DNA from: Callorhinchus milii
Taxonomy: Eukaryota
NCBI RefSeq assembly: GCF_018977255.1
Contig: NW_024704757.1
Location: 8,060,001-8,124,000, forward strand
Direction: 5' to 3'
Length of the DNA stretch: 64,000 nucleotides
Position 1 is the first letter of the stretch. Every line of letters starts with the position of its first letter. The notes beneath the pieces were generated by a model. It had not been told where the DNA came from, searched no databases, and saw only the letters and a list, made by a program, of their open reading frames with translations. Positions 50,403 through 63,869 of the stretch are shown piece after piece. The translations under genes and the position numbers were made by a program.

Positions 50403-53400
50403 CTAATTGGTTCCTACAGTTGTGTTATTTAGGTGGGTAGGTTAAGGTAAGGTAGGTTAAGGTAATCTAAGGTACGGTAAGATAAGATAGGAGTCCCAGT
50501 GAGAATTTCCTTTGCACTGCTGACTCTGTAGCATGTTTCGGACATGATCATGAGGAAGGGGCTGTTATGGTTACAGACTGGGCCCTGTAACTTGGGAGCT
50601 ATAGCCACAGCTGTTGTGCTAACTTGATGGCTGAGGCCGGGGCTGTGTGGGGCGGGTGGAATGATCATTTATTTTTCCTTTCTACATGCTGAGATTGTGA
50701 GCTTGCGTGATTTCGGCATTGTGTGGGGCTTCAAACTACAAGCATTCACTCTCTGGATTCAATAGCACCTCTGAGTTTCAAATGGCGACCGTCAAAATTG
50801 GGTCACGATAACCTCTGCTTCTGTGGTGGAATGTATCGGAGGAGACGCCACCTCTGTCAAAGCCTCACTCCCCCCCAGGACCAGTGTCACAGCTTGAGCC
50901 CACAACCGTCTGACCCAGCAAATGGAAGCATAACACAGGTGTAAAACAAATAATAATCCTTGCAAATGCCTTATCATTTCGTCATCAACACCTCACAGAA
51001 TTTATTGTAGAATGCAGTGACTGTATATTTTGCAGGCTAAAAAGTGAATGACCAATTTTATCTGGGGGATTGTTGGCCAAGATACTGGGAGAGAGAAATT
51101 CCCTTCTCTTTTTGAATTGTGTATGGGATCTTTAACGTCCACATGGACAGATAGACAGGATCTTGTCCCATCCGTGTAGCCCAGCATTGCATTATAGTGT
51201 CAGTGTAATTTATGAGCTAGGGGCTTGGACCCGCAATCTTCTGATTCAGAGGCGAGGGTGCTATCAATTGAGCCATAACTGTCTTAAGTTATGAGACAAT
51301 CTCTCAGAACTGTTGGTCCTGTTTATTAAATCTGCTAATCTCTTCTCTGGAGTGAGAGTGTGATGTTGGATGGTAGTCTGTCTGTAACATAATGTAATGT
51401 AACTCGAGGGCAAAGCAGGACTCGACTGCCTGTTTACTGTTTATATAAAGTTCTGAAAAAAGACGTTTGTTGCTAGTATGTGTGTGGTCCATTGGTGCGG
51501 CTTGAAATCAATCTGCGGAACATTACAGATTGAAACTTCCATGCAGATCAGCCCTTTGATACTGTATTCAATACACTAACTGCTTTGAAGGCCATTGGTT
51601 CTGTTCCTGTACTTGCTCGTAAAATCAAAAGGATATGGAATTTATTTTTCCAAATAGGCACATCAGTGTTATATTAAAACAAAATTGGCACTTGTGGTTC
51701 CGGAAACAGCTATCTTTGTGTGTTTAAGCAAAAACTGTCAATGTACTATTGTTAGGATGTGCAGAACGTTCATCTGATCACAGCTCTGCATTGTGTACAG
51801 GCAAATCTTGAGCTTCCAGTTGACCAGCCTGTCGCTGCAAGGATATATCTTCAGACAGCTGATGCCTTCTTGCTTCTAGATTTAATGGTGCTGGGGTATC
51901 GGTGGCTCAGTTAGCAGCACTTTGCCTCTAAGTCAGAAGGTTATGGGTTCAAGGCCTATTTTGGGATTTGATTTCACATAGTCTGGGTGACACTCCAATG
52001 CAGTGTTGGGGTTTGCAGGCTTTAATCAATCCTGCAAATTTTACCTGCTTCCATTTCCTTCTACACATGTCTCTCCAGTGGCCACGTTGCATTGATATAT
52101 ACGTTTTTTAAAAAACGTTTCCATCTAGTCTCATTTCTCTATTGTTTAAGCTGTGTTTTTCCACAAAAAGATAAAACACAACCGGTTGCTGGAATGCATC
52201 TCCAACCAAACAAGACTGCTCCTCCTGAATTATACCCCCATTTGTTGGGGCAAAGTATTGGCAACGTGATGTATTCTGTCAAAACGTTATAGGAAAATTC
52301 TCCCATTGCAAACCCGCAGGAATTTGCATTGGTGACATATGTCTGATACCTGGCTGAACGCCCCCCACCAATGCAGTCACTACACTTGACAGCAATTCCC
52401 TTTGCGGTGCTTTGAGACATTTTAATGTAATGGGCGTTGTCTCGAATTCAAGTGCACGGATCAGTGCTGAACCTATCAACAGAATATGAACCATGCTTTC
52501 TTTAGCAAATGAGGCAGCCAAACGTGCACATGGTAAAGTCCCACAGGAGGTGAATGATCAATGTATCTGGAGGATTGTTGGCCAGGACATCGGGATTACA
52601 TTTTTAAAAAAAGAACAAATATACAGAGGAATTATTTTTTGAAAACTGGAGTATTTTCCCTCCCTGTCTGGAGCAAACATGTCTGCTCATGTCATGCTAC
52701 CTGCCGGCTCTCTTAACCTGGAGAGCACCATTACTTATTAAGAGTCCTTTGTTATTAATCACTAGATTGCTTTCATCTCCATACCCACTCTTGTATTCTG
52801 ATTCTTGATGCTTTGTCTTGCTCGCTCTGTCCTGTGATTATTTCACCCCCGACCAGCCACAACGCTTACCCGAGCTGCGCACGGAATCATAAAAGTTCTC
52901 CTGCTTGAGATGTTTAAGGGGAAGCCCAGGGCATTTCCTCCGCACCCAGACAAGTTGCATCCACCACCAGACTTTACAGCTACCTCCAAGTCTAATCACA
53001 ACTTATTACAAATGCAAGGATTATTATTATATTACCCAGATCTAACCTCAGTGATGATGTTTTATTGGCAGTGGTTACTACTTTTGTGCATTATAATTTG
53101 ATTTTATAGTGAATGTTTCCCAGAGGCAATGATGGGTTTTCCCTTCGCTCTGCAAGCACAGAGCACCCCAAGGCTACAGTGTTGTGCTGACTGCAACTTG
53201 AAGTCTTAATGCACTCTCTTCATTCCCATTTTCCGAATGGGTGGGGGAGGGAGGCAGGGAGTGGGGAGGAGGGGGTTAGCGGGGTGTGTGTGGGGGAGAA
53301 GAGACGCAAATCAAAGAGCAAGTAGTACCTTCACTCAGCTCCCTGTGGGCTGAACTTGGCATCAGGCCATCTGGCTTCTCCCATCAGTCTGGGGTCACTG

Positions 53401-54002
53401 GTGCATAGTGTACTGGGAAACTACAAAGGAGGAGGAAATAAGTTTCTGTGACTGAGCCAGACTTGTCCTTCAACCAGAAGCCGTGCTGTAAAGGCCTTTT
53501 GTCTGAAAGTGATTGTTTACATTGCGATGCCAAAGTTGCTGGTTTTACCTCTTAACTCCCCCCCGCCATGTAACTGAGGAGCTGTGTGTACTGTATTTAG
53601 AAATGCACAATATGTAGAGAGAACTGTACAAGTTTAGTTAGTGATGAGAAAAACAAACAAATGGGGAGGAAGAGAGAAAGGAAGGAAACTGCAGGCAAAT
53701 GAAGATGATTATTTACAATGGATACGCGCGACACTGTTTGAAAAGAGGAGGGAATTCTCCCAGTGTCTTGGCTAGCAATGCTCTGCATCCATTCACTTTG
53801 TGGCTGTTTGCACACAAATTAGCTGCCTTGCTCACCAACAAATCCTGTCACTACACTCAGCAGCAATTCCCTGTGAAGCGCTTTGAGCCACTTCAGCTGA
53901 ATAGGTGCTGGATCAAAGATGTGATCATCGTAAGAAAAGACTGTCGCTGTCTTGCTCCACTTGGACAGGATTTTTATGCCTGAAATTTATAGTAATAATA
54001 AT

Positions 54003-54200
54003 AATTAATAATAACAATCCTTGCATTTAATATATGACCTTATCATGTTGTTGAGACATCTCAAAGCGCTTCCTAGGATATAGTGTAAAGTGGAGTGACT
54101 GTGTATTTTGTGGGTGAAACATGGCAGCCAGTTTGCACACAGCAATGTAGCACAAACAGCCTGAAGTGAGTGATCAATTTTATCGGTGGGATTATCGGCA
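54003..54200 (-). mobile_element. Deu-SINE 3' part
   Basis: aataacaatccttgcattt tail and catctcaaagcgcttc. Confidence 0.85.
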
Positions 54201-54254
54201 AACACATTTCGAATACTGCTATGGTATCTTTTAACATACTACCAGAATAGATGG

Positions 54255-54490
54255 AACAACAACAACAACAAGATTACATTTGTATAGCGCCTTTCACGTC
54301 GGGAGGACGTCCCAAGGTGCTGGACAGTGTACAGCATTTCAGACCCGAGCTGGGGTCAGGGGGGGAGAAGGGAAGGGGGGTGGCCGATGGCATGGTCGAA
54401 GAGAGGCTTTTGAGGTGGGACTTGAAGGAGTCTAAGGAGGGGGCGAGGCGGAGTGACTGGGGGATGGAATTCCAGAGATTGGGGGCAGAG
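54255..54490 (-). mobile_element. L2 3' end
   Basis: (CAA)n tail then attacatttgtatagcgcctttcacgtcgggaggacgtccc, the reverse complement of 25960-26197. Confidence 0.9.
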
Positions 54491-57276
54491 TTCTTTTTAT
54501 GTATGAAGAGATGGAATCTCAGGAGGCAAAGGAACTTGTGAGCCAGACTGACAAAAACACGTGCACTTTTACCTCATTTGTTTTAGTGCGCATATCAAGG
54601 TAGCTAAGCCATAAAAATGATATGCAATTTCTCTTTCGCTCACTCTTTATCTCTCGAAGTGAATCACTGTAGACAAGTTGCTCTGCTCTGAATTTACTCT
54701 GAAATTCCTCTCTGGTCACGCCCATTTATTGTTTCCGTCAATTGACGTTTGTTTTCGGGTCTGCACTTTGTACAGGAGATTTGGGAGCAACCGGAACACT
54801 ATTGAGAAATTTTGTAATCTGTGAGAGTCCTCTCGCAAATTCAGAGCAGGTATTTAACTTCACTTTTTATGAGCATCGCTGTGCACAAAACGGCTCCCGC
54901 CTTTGCTTTGAAGGATCGGTCGCTAGACAGGACACCTGTGAAGTGCTTTGAGACGGTTTGTGTTTAGGTGCTATATTAAACAAGCACAGAAATCTACAGC
55001 ACAGAAGAAAACCATTTGGCAAATCATGTCTGTGCTCCTCTTCAATCCGTTCACCTGCTTTTTCGGCCTGCAAATGACTATTTTGAGATATCCAGTTCGG
55101 CCCCCTTGAAAGCTAATATGGATCCTGCCTTGACTACTTGGTGGGACATTCCACATCCTAACAACTCTTTGTGCGTGCGTGCATTAAAAAAAACACTCCT
55201 TAATCTCCCCTTTAATTCCTTTGCTATCTATTTTAAACTGTTGCCCTATAGTTATGAATCACTGATCAGGCGCAATGATCTCTCACTTATCAACTCTATC
55301 AAATACAAGGATTAAGATTATTACTGGAGCAGTTGGAATAGCAAATACTTTAAGGTGCATAAAACACAGGAAGTGCCAGTCACCTTGGCTCCTTTTAATC
55401 AGGTCTGTCCCATGATTTGGTTGGTATTTCCCCATTGCAAAGTAATGATTTAAACCAATACAGGAAATGCTAAAAGTGCAGCAATTGCATTAGAAATGGG
55501 AGACACCTGTCAAAATAAAGTGTTCCCCTGAGTGGAACCTCAGTGCAGACAGGATACCTGTAGCCATCACATTTCAGCCCTCCGCTGTGTGACTCTGTCC
55601 ATTCTCTGAGTCTGTGATCAGCACCTTGTACTGTGGGTACTATTCAGATAATGTGGATTGAGCCAATCGCAATTTAATCAATGTAAACACGGAGCTCAAA
55701 TATACGAAAGGTTGCATTGATAAATGGCTATCTATCTTCTTTATACCCCTTTGGGAGATTTGAACTTTGTTTGCAAGGAAGCCAAAGGTTAGAAAACCAC
55801 GGTGTCTAAAAACCCATTGAACAATGCAGTAGGGATGGCTTCCTCAGCTATAAATGTTAGTCATTTCACTGTTTCAAAAGAGTCCAGATGCAGTGGTGCA
55901 GATTGTGAGCCTTGGACAACAAGTATAAACTGTTCAGCACACCGGTGGCTTGCACAGAAGTTCAGAGCTTAACTTGGCGGAAGGTGCATTTTCCAATGGG
56001 CGTTACACACTGTGGCACACATGTGCCGACCTGGTTGCCAGTTTTGCAGGAGCTGTGAGTTTAGCGATCGCTTGTCAAAGTCAACTCAGGTGGATGTTAG
56101 TTATTTCACTGTCCTCAACGCTCCTTGAGGTTGGGCAAGGGAGAGCGGGGTCCAGGAAGAGAGGGGAAGGAGTACTGTCAAATATAGCCCATGTACACTA
56201 ACACCCCATGTCTATTTTTAACTATGTGCAATGCGGTGATTGGACCAGTTGGTCTTGACTGATCAAAAGCACTATTGAATTTATTTTTATTGAGAAACCT
56301 AGTGCAGGGCAACCACCGAGTCTAAATGTCACCCAGACTTAGCCTGTGAGACAGTTTTGTCTTAAGATTGAAAGTCACACAGAATTGCGGAAAATTCTTC
56401 AATTCAGCCTTAATTTGAAAAACAACTTCCAAATTAACAAGGAATTTAACAATTAAATTTAGAGAACTACCCACCGCTTCACTTAGCTGGCTTAAGTCTT
56501 TTGCACGATCCTCGTCCTCTCTGCTTCGCTGTTGCCAGCCGTGGTTTCAACCACTACGTCCTGAATCTCTGGAACTCCCTGCCTCAATCCCTCTATCTTG
56601 CCCCCTTCTTTGCCCATCTTCAAATCACACCTGAAGACTTTCCTCTTTCATCGTGCCTTCAGCCACCTTTCCTTTACAGCTCGGCATCAAACCACACCGC
56701 TATTAAGCGCTCTGAGACACTACTCACACGAAGGACACGATATAAATGCAAGTTGTTGTTGTGCACAAATTTGCTGTTGCATATTTAACTAAATACATAA
56801 TCACTACACTTGGTTGCAATTTCCTGTGAAATGCTTTGAGACATTTTGATATTATACACACAATATCAAATACGAACATTATGTATCAGTAAGGAAATTA
56901 ATAATTCAAGGATTTGATGTAGCGCCTTATCACATAATTGAAACATCTTAAAGTGCTTCACAGGATTTTGCCGTGAACTGTAGTGACCATGTAGTTTGTA
57001 GGCAAATGCAGCAGGCAATTTGTGCACAACAATGTTGAAGTGAATGACTAATTTTATTTGGGATTATTGGCCAGGACACTGGGAGAAACTCTTTTCGGGA
57101 CCTTTAACATCCACTCGAAAAGGCAGCCGGAACCTGCGTTTAATGTCTCATCTGAAAGCTAACACCTCTAACAATGTAACACACCTCAGCACTGCATTGG
57201 ATGAGTGGTTGGGAGGACTCCTGTTGGGAGGATTCATTGTTGGAGTCCATACATGTGTGATGAGCTTGTTTAGGTC

Positions 57277-57752
57277 ACGATAGGAGATCCACCCAAAAAA
57301 GATAGGCCCATGACACTCCCCCATGCAAGACAACAACAAAAAGACAACAACAACAACAAAATTACATTTATAGAGCGCCTTTCACGTTGGGAGGACGTCC
57401 CAAGGACCTTTCCGATGAGGTATAAATCATGTCTCTATATCAATCGGTTATTGCGTTATTGACACAGAGACAGATACACAGACATTTTGTCTTTATTAGT
57501 GTAGATAGACGTATTTCTCCAGGAGGGTGTGTGATTTCCTCTGTTGCTACTTTGTTGCAGTATACCATGCATACTTTTTGTGGGGCTTAATTAAAGCATT
57601 TTAATATAGCTCATCAACGATAGGTGATCCCCCCCAAACAAATACGCCCATGCAAGACCTTTCCGATGAGGTATAAATCATGTCTCTATGTCAATCGGTT
57701 ATTGAGTACTTGGCGGACAGACAGACACATTTTGTCTTTATTGGTATAGGTA
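57277..57752 (+). mobile_element. Two tandem copies of a Helentron/DINE-1-like non-autonomous element end
   Basis: Duplicated ctttccgatgaggtataaatcatgtctctat-tcaatcggttattg...(GACA)n-cattttgtctttatt-gt-tag. The family assignment is by resemblance only. Confidence 0.5.
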
Positions 57753-58409
57753 TATTTCTGTAAGTTGACCATTCACACGATATCAAAATTCAGAACTAAC
57801 GTTTTCAACTGCGTCTTAAAAAAATAATTTGAAAAATGTTTTTAACAATGAATGAGACCTTCAGCTATTACAGTCCAGATTAGCTAACGGCTACGGAACA
57901 TTGGAGAATGGAGAAGAGGATGGAAAAACTGGAAGAATAATATTTTGATAAGACGTCAGAGCGATTCCCAGTGCTTGGAATTTCCCTGGAATGTGCCAGC
58001 TTGTAACATTGCTGTGCAGTTTCTCACAACAACTCCTTCCTGGTTTATTTTTAGTGGGAAAAACGGATGCGTTCAGCTGGACAGTCGATGAATGATGCAG
58101 CGTGTGAGTTACTGGAGATCACCCTGATGGGAGAAGCCAATGCCACAAGCAGACATGGAGGGGTGGTGGTGGGGTGGGGAGGAGCATTGGAGAATGGAGG
58201 GGAGCGGATAAAGCTTTTCTTTTGAAAGCTATAAAGGCGCTGAAGTCTCGCTGCTGGGAAAACCTCCTCACAACGTAAACTGTGTTTTTCTTTGGTCAGC
58301 ACAACGCAGAAACCCAACACAGTGCTTACTGACCCACAGCAGCAGCAAACTTGTGTTTACATAGCGCCTTTCGTGCAAGGACAATGTCTCAGGATTGCTG
58401 CACTGCTCA

Positions 58410-58635
58410 GACTAAGCATTCCACATATGCCACCTTACATAGGGAAATTCCCATGTCTTCATGTTGGGTGCATTCTGAATACTTCATTCAGGAAACTGCT
58501 AGGAACAGGGTTGGTGAGCGCCAGGGCTTTGTGACTACAGAGTGTGAGCTGGAAACCGTTGGAGTCTAACCAGCTAAAACCCCGTGGCTCTGCCATTGAT
58601 CGCACTCTCTGGCAAGCTTCCTGCTCCCAGTTGCA
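58410..58635 (+). repeat. Family X copy with internal deletion
   Basis: ttccacatatg, gagtctaaccagctaaaacc, and ctggcaagcttcc joined directly to tgctcccagt. Confidence 0.75.
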
Positions 58636-58921
58636 TGTACTCCTTCAGAAAAGTACTTACAAACTTAGATGCTTCCTGCCACATAATGGGTTATAATCTA
58701 TTTTATCATTATTATAATGCTCACAGTTGATGTTGCGCTTTTCACGTGTGGAAGATCTCCTGAAGGGCTTCACAGCATAAACTGTGACATGTTACATGGA
58801 CGAACGTGGCAGCCAATTTGTGCACAGCAATGTCCCATGAACAGCCATGGAGTGAGTGACCAATTTTATTTGGGGATTGTTGGCCAGGACATCGAGAGAA
58901 ACTCCTTCTCTTTTTGAATTA

Positions 58922-59222
58922 GGAGTCCTGTAGCTCAGTACTTGCAGCACTCGCCTGGCAAGCGAGAGACCTGGATTCAATTCCCGACAGGGCCAAACTG
59001 TGGGCAAGTTTCCTTACTCCACACGCCTGATGATAATCCCTCAAGAAAAAAATCAATAATAAATTGGTCACTTCAATCCACGACTGTTTGTGGGACGCTG
59101 CTGTGTTCAATTGGCTGCCGTGTTTCGCCCACAAATATACAGTGAATACACTTTACAGGATATTCTGTGAAGCGCTTTGAGACGTCTGGAAGACCTGAAA
59201 AGTGCTAATTTAAAACGCAAGC
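58922..59222 (+). mobile_element. Full-length SINE nested in an older minus-strand Deu-SINE (58720-59285)
   Basis: tRNA head through tail. Host sequence resumes after it (aggattttaacatc...tttaacatctcatcc), and aatta flanks both sides. Confidence 0.92.
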
Positions 59223-60048
59223 AATTATGGCACAGGATTTTAACATCTGCCTGACAAGGCCTCTATTTAACATCTCATCCAAAGGTTGGCGAGAGCCAAG
59301 GCTTGGGGACCACAGAGTGTTTGCTGGGATACTTTACGGCTGTTTATGGGATATTGCTCTGATAGTGCAGCACACTCTCAGAACTGCACTGGAGTGCCAG
59401 CCTGTCAGAGAGGCTTTTGACTGATTTTAGGGTATCGTTCCTCATTTGCGTGACTCAGATTGCTTTGTAAGGAATCGGAACCCCAATAATCCGAAGGTTC
59501 CTAACAGCCTCTCTTGCACTTTTGGCAGCTTTTGTTCGACTGGAGTTTATTTGAACGTCTAATCTTTTACAAAAATAACTGCTTCCCAAGCTAAGGTAAA
59601 ATGATAGGAACATCGCAAAGTATCAAAGTGTTGCCTACTTTCGTTTCAACGTAATACAGTGTAAAGTGAGACAAACTGATTTTGAATCCTCAGGAGATGT
59701 GCTCATTTGAGCAGTCCCTAATGTAAAGCCTAATGGGTGGATTTTGCAAAGTGCAGTGGATTTATCACTTGGTGCTGAGTGGGATTTGAGGTGGATTTAC
59801 TCCAAGATCTCAGTTTGTGCTGCAAGTTAACCCTAAGTGATCATTCCTGCTCCCCCACTGGTCTTGCATTCAGTTTCACCATTACTGAACAGTCATACTC
59901 AAAGCTATTTTCCACAATGTTGAGTATTAAATACCTGTTTTATTGAGCCCTTTATAAGGGTAAATATACATGCTCCATTGGAAAAGTACTTACAAATTGA
60001 AACGCTTCCAATTACCCAATATAACAATAAACAATCCTTGTATTTATT

Positions 60049-60373
60049 GTGGAGTCCTGTAGCTCAGTGGTTAGAGCACTCGCTTTGCAAGTGAGAGACC
60101 TGAGTTCAATTCCAGGCAGAGGGCGAAACCTTGGGCAAGTTTCCTTACTCCACACAGAGCCTAATAATAATCCCTCCAAAAAAACCAAAAACAATAATAA
60201 ATTGGTCATTTTCAATCTACGACTGTTTGTGGGACATTGCTGTGTGCAATTGGCTGCCGCGTTCGCCCACAAATATACAGTCAATTCACTTTACAGTGTG
60301 TTCTGTGAAGCGCTTTGGGACGTCCTCCTGACGTGAAAAGCGCTATATCAAATGCAAGGATTATTATTATTAT
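60049..60373 (+). mobile_element. Full-length young SINE
   Basis: Nearly identical to 36663-36988. Confidence 0.96.
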
Positions 60374-60604
60374 ATTATATTATTTGATACTGTATTGCTT
60401 ACTTCAGGAGGTCGTCTCAAATTGCTGCACAGGATTTTGCTGTAAAGTGTAACAATTCTGTGTTTTGTGGGTGAATGCAACAGTCGATTCGCATGTAAGA
60501 TGTACCATAGAGAGTAGTGACTTGTATATTTTCTGGGTGACCAGCCAATTTCTGCACAACAATGTCCCACAAACAGCGATGCAGTAAATGATCAGTTTTA
60601 TTTG

Positions 60605-61180
60605 GGAGGTTCTGTCCTTGACTGGTTCAGGTCCTACTTTTCACACCACCTCCACTTCGTCTCAGCAAACAGCTTCTCCTCCAGCCCCCGCACCATCTTG
60701 TGTGATGTTCCTCAGAGCTCTGTCCTCGGTCCCCTCCTCTTCACCCTCTACCTGATCCCCCTTCATGACATCATCCGCAGACATGGGGTAAATTTCCACA
60801 TGTAATGCGGATGACACCCAACTCTATCTCTCTGCCTCCACCCTCAACTCCAGGAGTACTGGCGTCCTGACCGACTGCCTGTCCGACATCAAGTCCTGGA
60901 CGAGGGACAACTTTCTCCAGCTGAACGTCAGCAAGACCGAGGGCCTCCTGATTGGCTCGGGCCGGAGCCTCCGCACCTCGGGCGCTGGCAGCAACCGGAT
61001 CCACGGTTGTACACTCAACCTCACTAAGCCAGTCACGAACCTGGGTGTCTTGTTTGACCCAGAACTTCCCCACATCCACGCCATTACCGGCACTGCCCAC
61101 CACCACCTCCGCAACATTGCCAGACTCCAACATTGCCTCACCCCTCAGGCTGCGAAACCCTTACCCACGCACTCGTCACA
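60605..61180 (+). mobile_element. L2 LINE RT fragment (frameshifted)
   Basis: SVLDWFRSYFS, DVPQSSVLGPLLFTLY, IIRRHGVNFHM, then ADDTQLYLS and WTRDNFLQLNVSKTE in a shifted frame. Confidence 0.93.
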
Positions 61181-61789
61181 TCAAAGAATTCCTCCCCTGT
61201 AGTAAATAAGTTTAAAAAAACGCTGGTCTTAGATGAGTTTAAAATCACCTCTCTCCCTCTCTCACTCCCTTCCTCAGCCCCTCCCTTCCTCACTTATCAC
61301 CCTTTCGCTCACTCTCTCTCTTACCGCCTGACCACTTCCTCCCTCCCTCACTGCCTCTCTCCCTTATCCCATCTCTTCCTCTCTCAATCAGTGAGGAACG
61401 AAGGAAAAGAAGAGAAAGATTACAATCCTAAATGAGACAGTCAGATCAAGAAGCTCATCACTCAAAGACATAACTTCAGTCAGATGTATGCAAAGGTCCT
61501 ACCAATTACTGTTACTTTAGACTGGAGGTAATGAGTGCTTCCCTTTTATCAGGACCAGTAAGCTGTTTGAAGCCCTTGGTAGACACCTGCAATGCTTTAC
61601 TGCGTGACACCTTTCCTGCAACAATCCTTGATAATACGTTTGATCTTTCAGGTTCCACTTCTGGTTGATGTAATGCTGAAAAATTACAGGGTATTATCAT
61701 CTTGGCCAGGATAGTTAAACTGTCACTTCGTATGTACACAAAACAGGCTTCACAGGTTACAAAGATTCCACGAGCTAGCCAGAGCGTAG

Positions 61790-62275
61790 GATCATAGAAA
61801 GTTTATAGCACGGAAGGAGGCCATTCAACCGGTCATGTCTGTGCTGATGCTTGCTTCCCCACTGAGGCTCTCCACTCTCATCCCATTACTCTACACTAAT
61901 CCCATTCCTCTACTTTATTCCCATTCCTCTACTCTATCCCTATCATGTCTGTGCAGGTACTCGCTACCTCACTAGTGCTCTCAACTCTGATCCCAGTCCC
62001 CTTCTCGTTCCCCTTCTCAACATTGGGTCTGTGCTGGTACTCGCTCCCTCACTGGGAGTCTCTACCCCACTGGAGCTCTGTACTCTAATCCCACTTTCCC
62101 CGCAATTTCCCTGTACCCTTTAATATTATTTCTCCTCAAATATTTATCCAATCCCCTTTTTAAACTATGTTACGGACTCGGCTGGAACAACCATTTGTGG
62201 TAAGGAATTCCACATTTTCTCACCATCGGTGCAGAAACATTTCTTCGAATCTCACCCTTTTTGCTTCTTGTGAAA
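61790..62275 (-). mobile_element. CR1 3' end with internally tandem-duplicated 3' UTR
   Basis: atcatagaaagtttatagcacggaaggaggccattc tail; the unit tctgtgc(t/a)g..ctc.actct.atccca occurs about 3 times. Confidence 0.75.
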
Positions 62276-63869
62276 GGTAAACACTTCTTCTTTGCACCGA
62301 ACATGAATCATACATTAATATGACAGAAAAGTATTATTTCAGAAACTTATTCTTAAAGGTTTTTACTGAACAGATTTGCTTAAAGCTGAAATAGACTTGA
62401 AATGAGACATTCATTCCAGACACTGTACAGTTTTTATATCCAATAAAGCATGTTCTTGCCATTTGCTCCTTGAAATTTATCTGGTCTGTGCCTGATGTCA
62501 GGCTGGCTCAGTTTGGAGTGTTCTTGGCTGTGTGTCGGAAGGTTCTGGGTTCAAGCCCCATATCAGGACTTTCTAATTGAGCTCGTAATTAAACACTAGA
62601 GACATTTTGACAATGTAATAAGGTACAATATCAAATGTAAAGGTTTGTAGTATAATATTAGCCTGTAAAGACCATTCTTGTCTTAAAATTGAAGGATTGG
62701 AGGAACATTCTTAAATTTGATCTGAATTTGGAAGCCCGGTTTGTTTTTGAGAAGTGTAAAACTGGCATCCAAATGAAGACTGGATTTGAAAAATTTCTGC
62801 AATTCTGCCCCTTCTTATTTTAGAAGCAAAAATCACCTCATAAGCTAAGAAAAGGTGGAATTCTTTTCCACCACAGCATCTTCTCACAACATATCCCGGT
62901 ATGAAAAGGAACTGTTGGGGTGTAAAATACAGAGTGGGTGTAAATGCAATGTTTCGTAATGGAATTAAAATGAATAATTGTCACACCTATTAGCAACGAT
63001 TTCATTTTTACAACAATAATAATCCTTACAGCACCTTTCATTTCGGGAGGACGGCTCAAAGTTATTCACAGGATGTACTGTGAAGTGGAGAATCCGTGTG
63101 TTTTGTGGATTTTATTTTACCCCTGTAGCACTTTTCTACTCTTCATAATTAGGAATAATTTGTAGCAAAGGTGAATGTCACTCACTGGTCTGCTTTGCCT
63201 CTATTTGTGTCTGTTTCAAAGAGTTTTATTGCTGTTACAAATCACCAGCCTTCAAATGAAAAGTGTTTGGAGAAACAGATTTGGAGATGAGACATGCAGC
63301 TTACTTTGCCAAGATCGGATGAACTTGTTAAAATTTTGATTTTCTTAATAAAGTAAATATCATTCCTTCTGGGTGATACTGAATCGAACAGTAAAAGTAG
63401 CAATTACCATCACAAACGAGAGACTTTCCGCAGCGGAGTTTTGCAGGTAGAAAGTGCAAAATAATGAGAATGTATGTATTTAAACAGAAAGCTTGAAGCA
63501 GATTCAGGCCCCGTGTATTTACTTTAGAAAAAGTTGCCTTAGTCTGAGGGGAGAATGATGGATTCAACAACAACTTGCATTTATATAGTGTAACCTTCAT
63601 GCTGGACGGCGCCTCAAAGTGCTTAACAGTGGCAGAGCCCGATGTAGTCTCTCAGGTAGAGATCCTGGCGACTGATGATTATAATCCTTGCTTTGATGTA
63701 GTGCCTTTCATGTTGGGAGGATTTAGTGATTCACAACAACAACAACTTGGATTTATATAGCGCCTTCCACGCCGGACGGCGTCTCAGATTGCTTCACAGT
63801 AATGAATCCCGGGGCCGAACCAGGGGGAGGGCGGGGGGAAGGTGACCAAAGGCGCGGTCGAAAAGAGGT

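Noticed and set aside
50428-50490. TTAGG-like telomeric repeat
   Set aside because: Short, degenerate (TAAGG/TAGGT)n microsatellite, not the vertebrate TTAGGG repeat.
61830-62100. CRISPR-like repeat-spacer pattern
   Set aside because: Eukaryotic context; the units are imperfect duplications of a CR1 3' UTR with no unique spacers and no cas genes.
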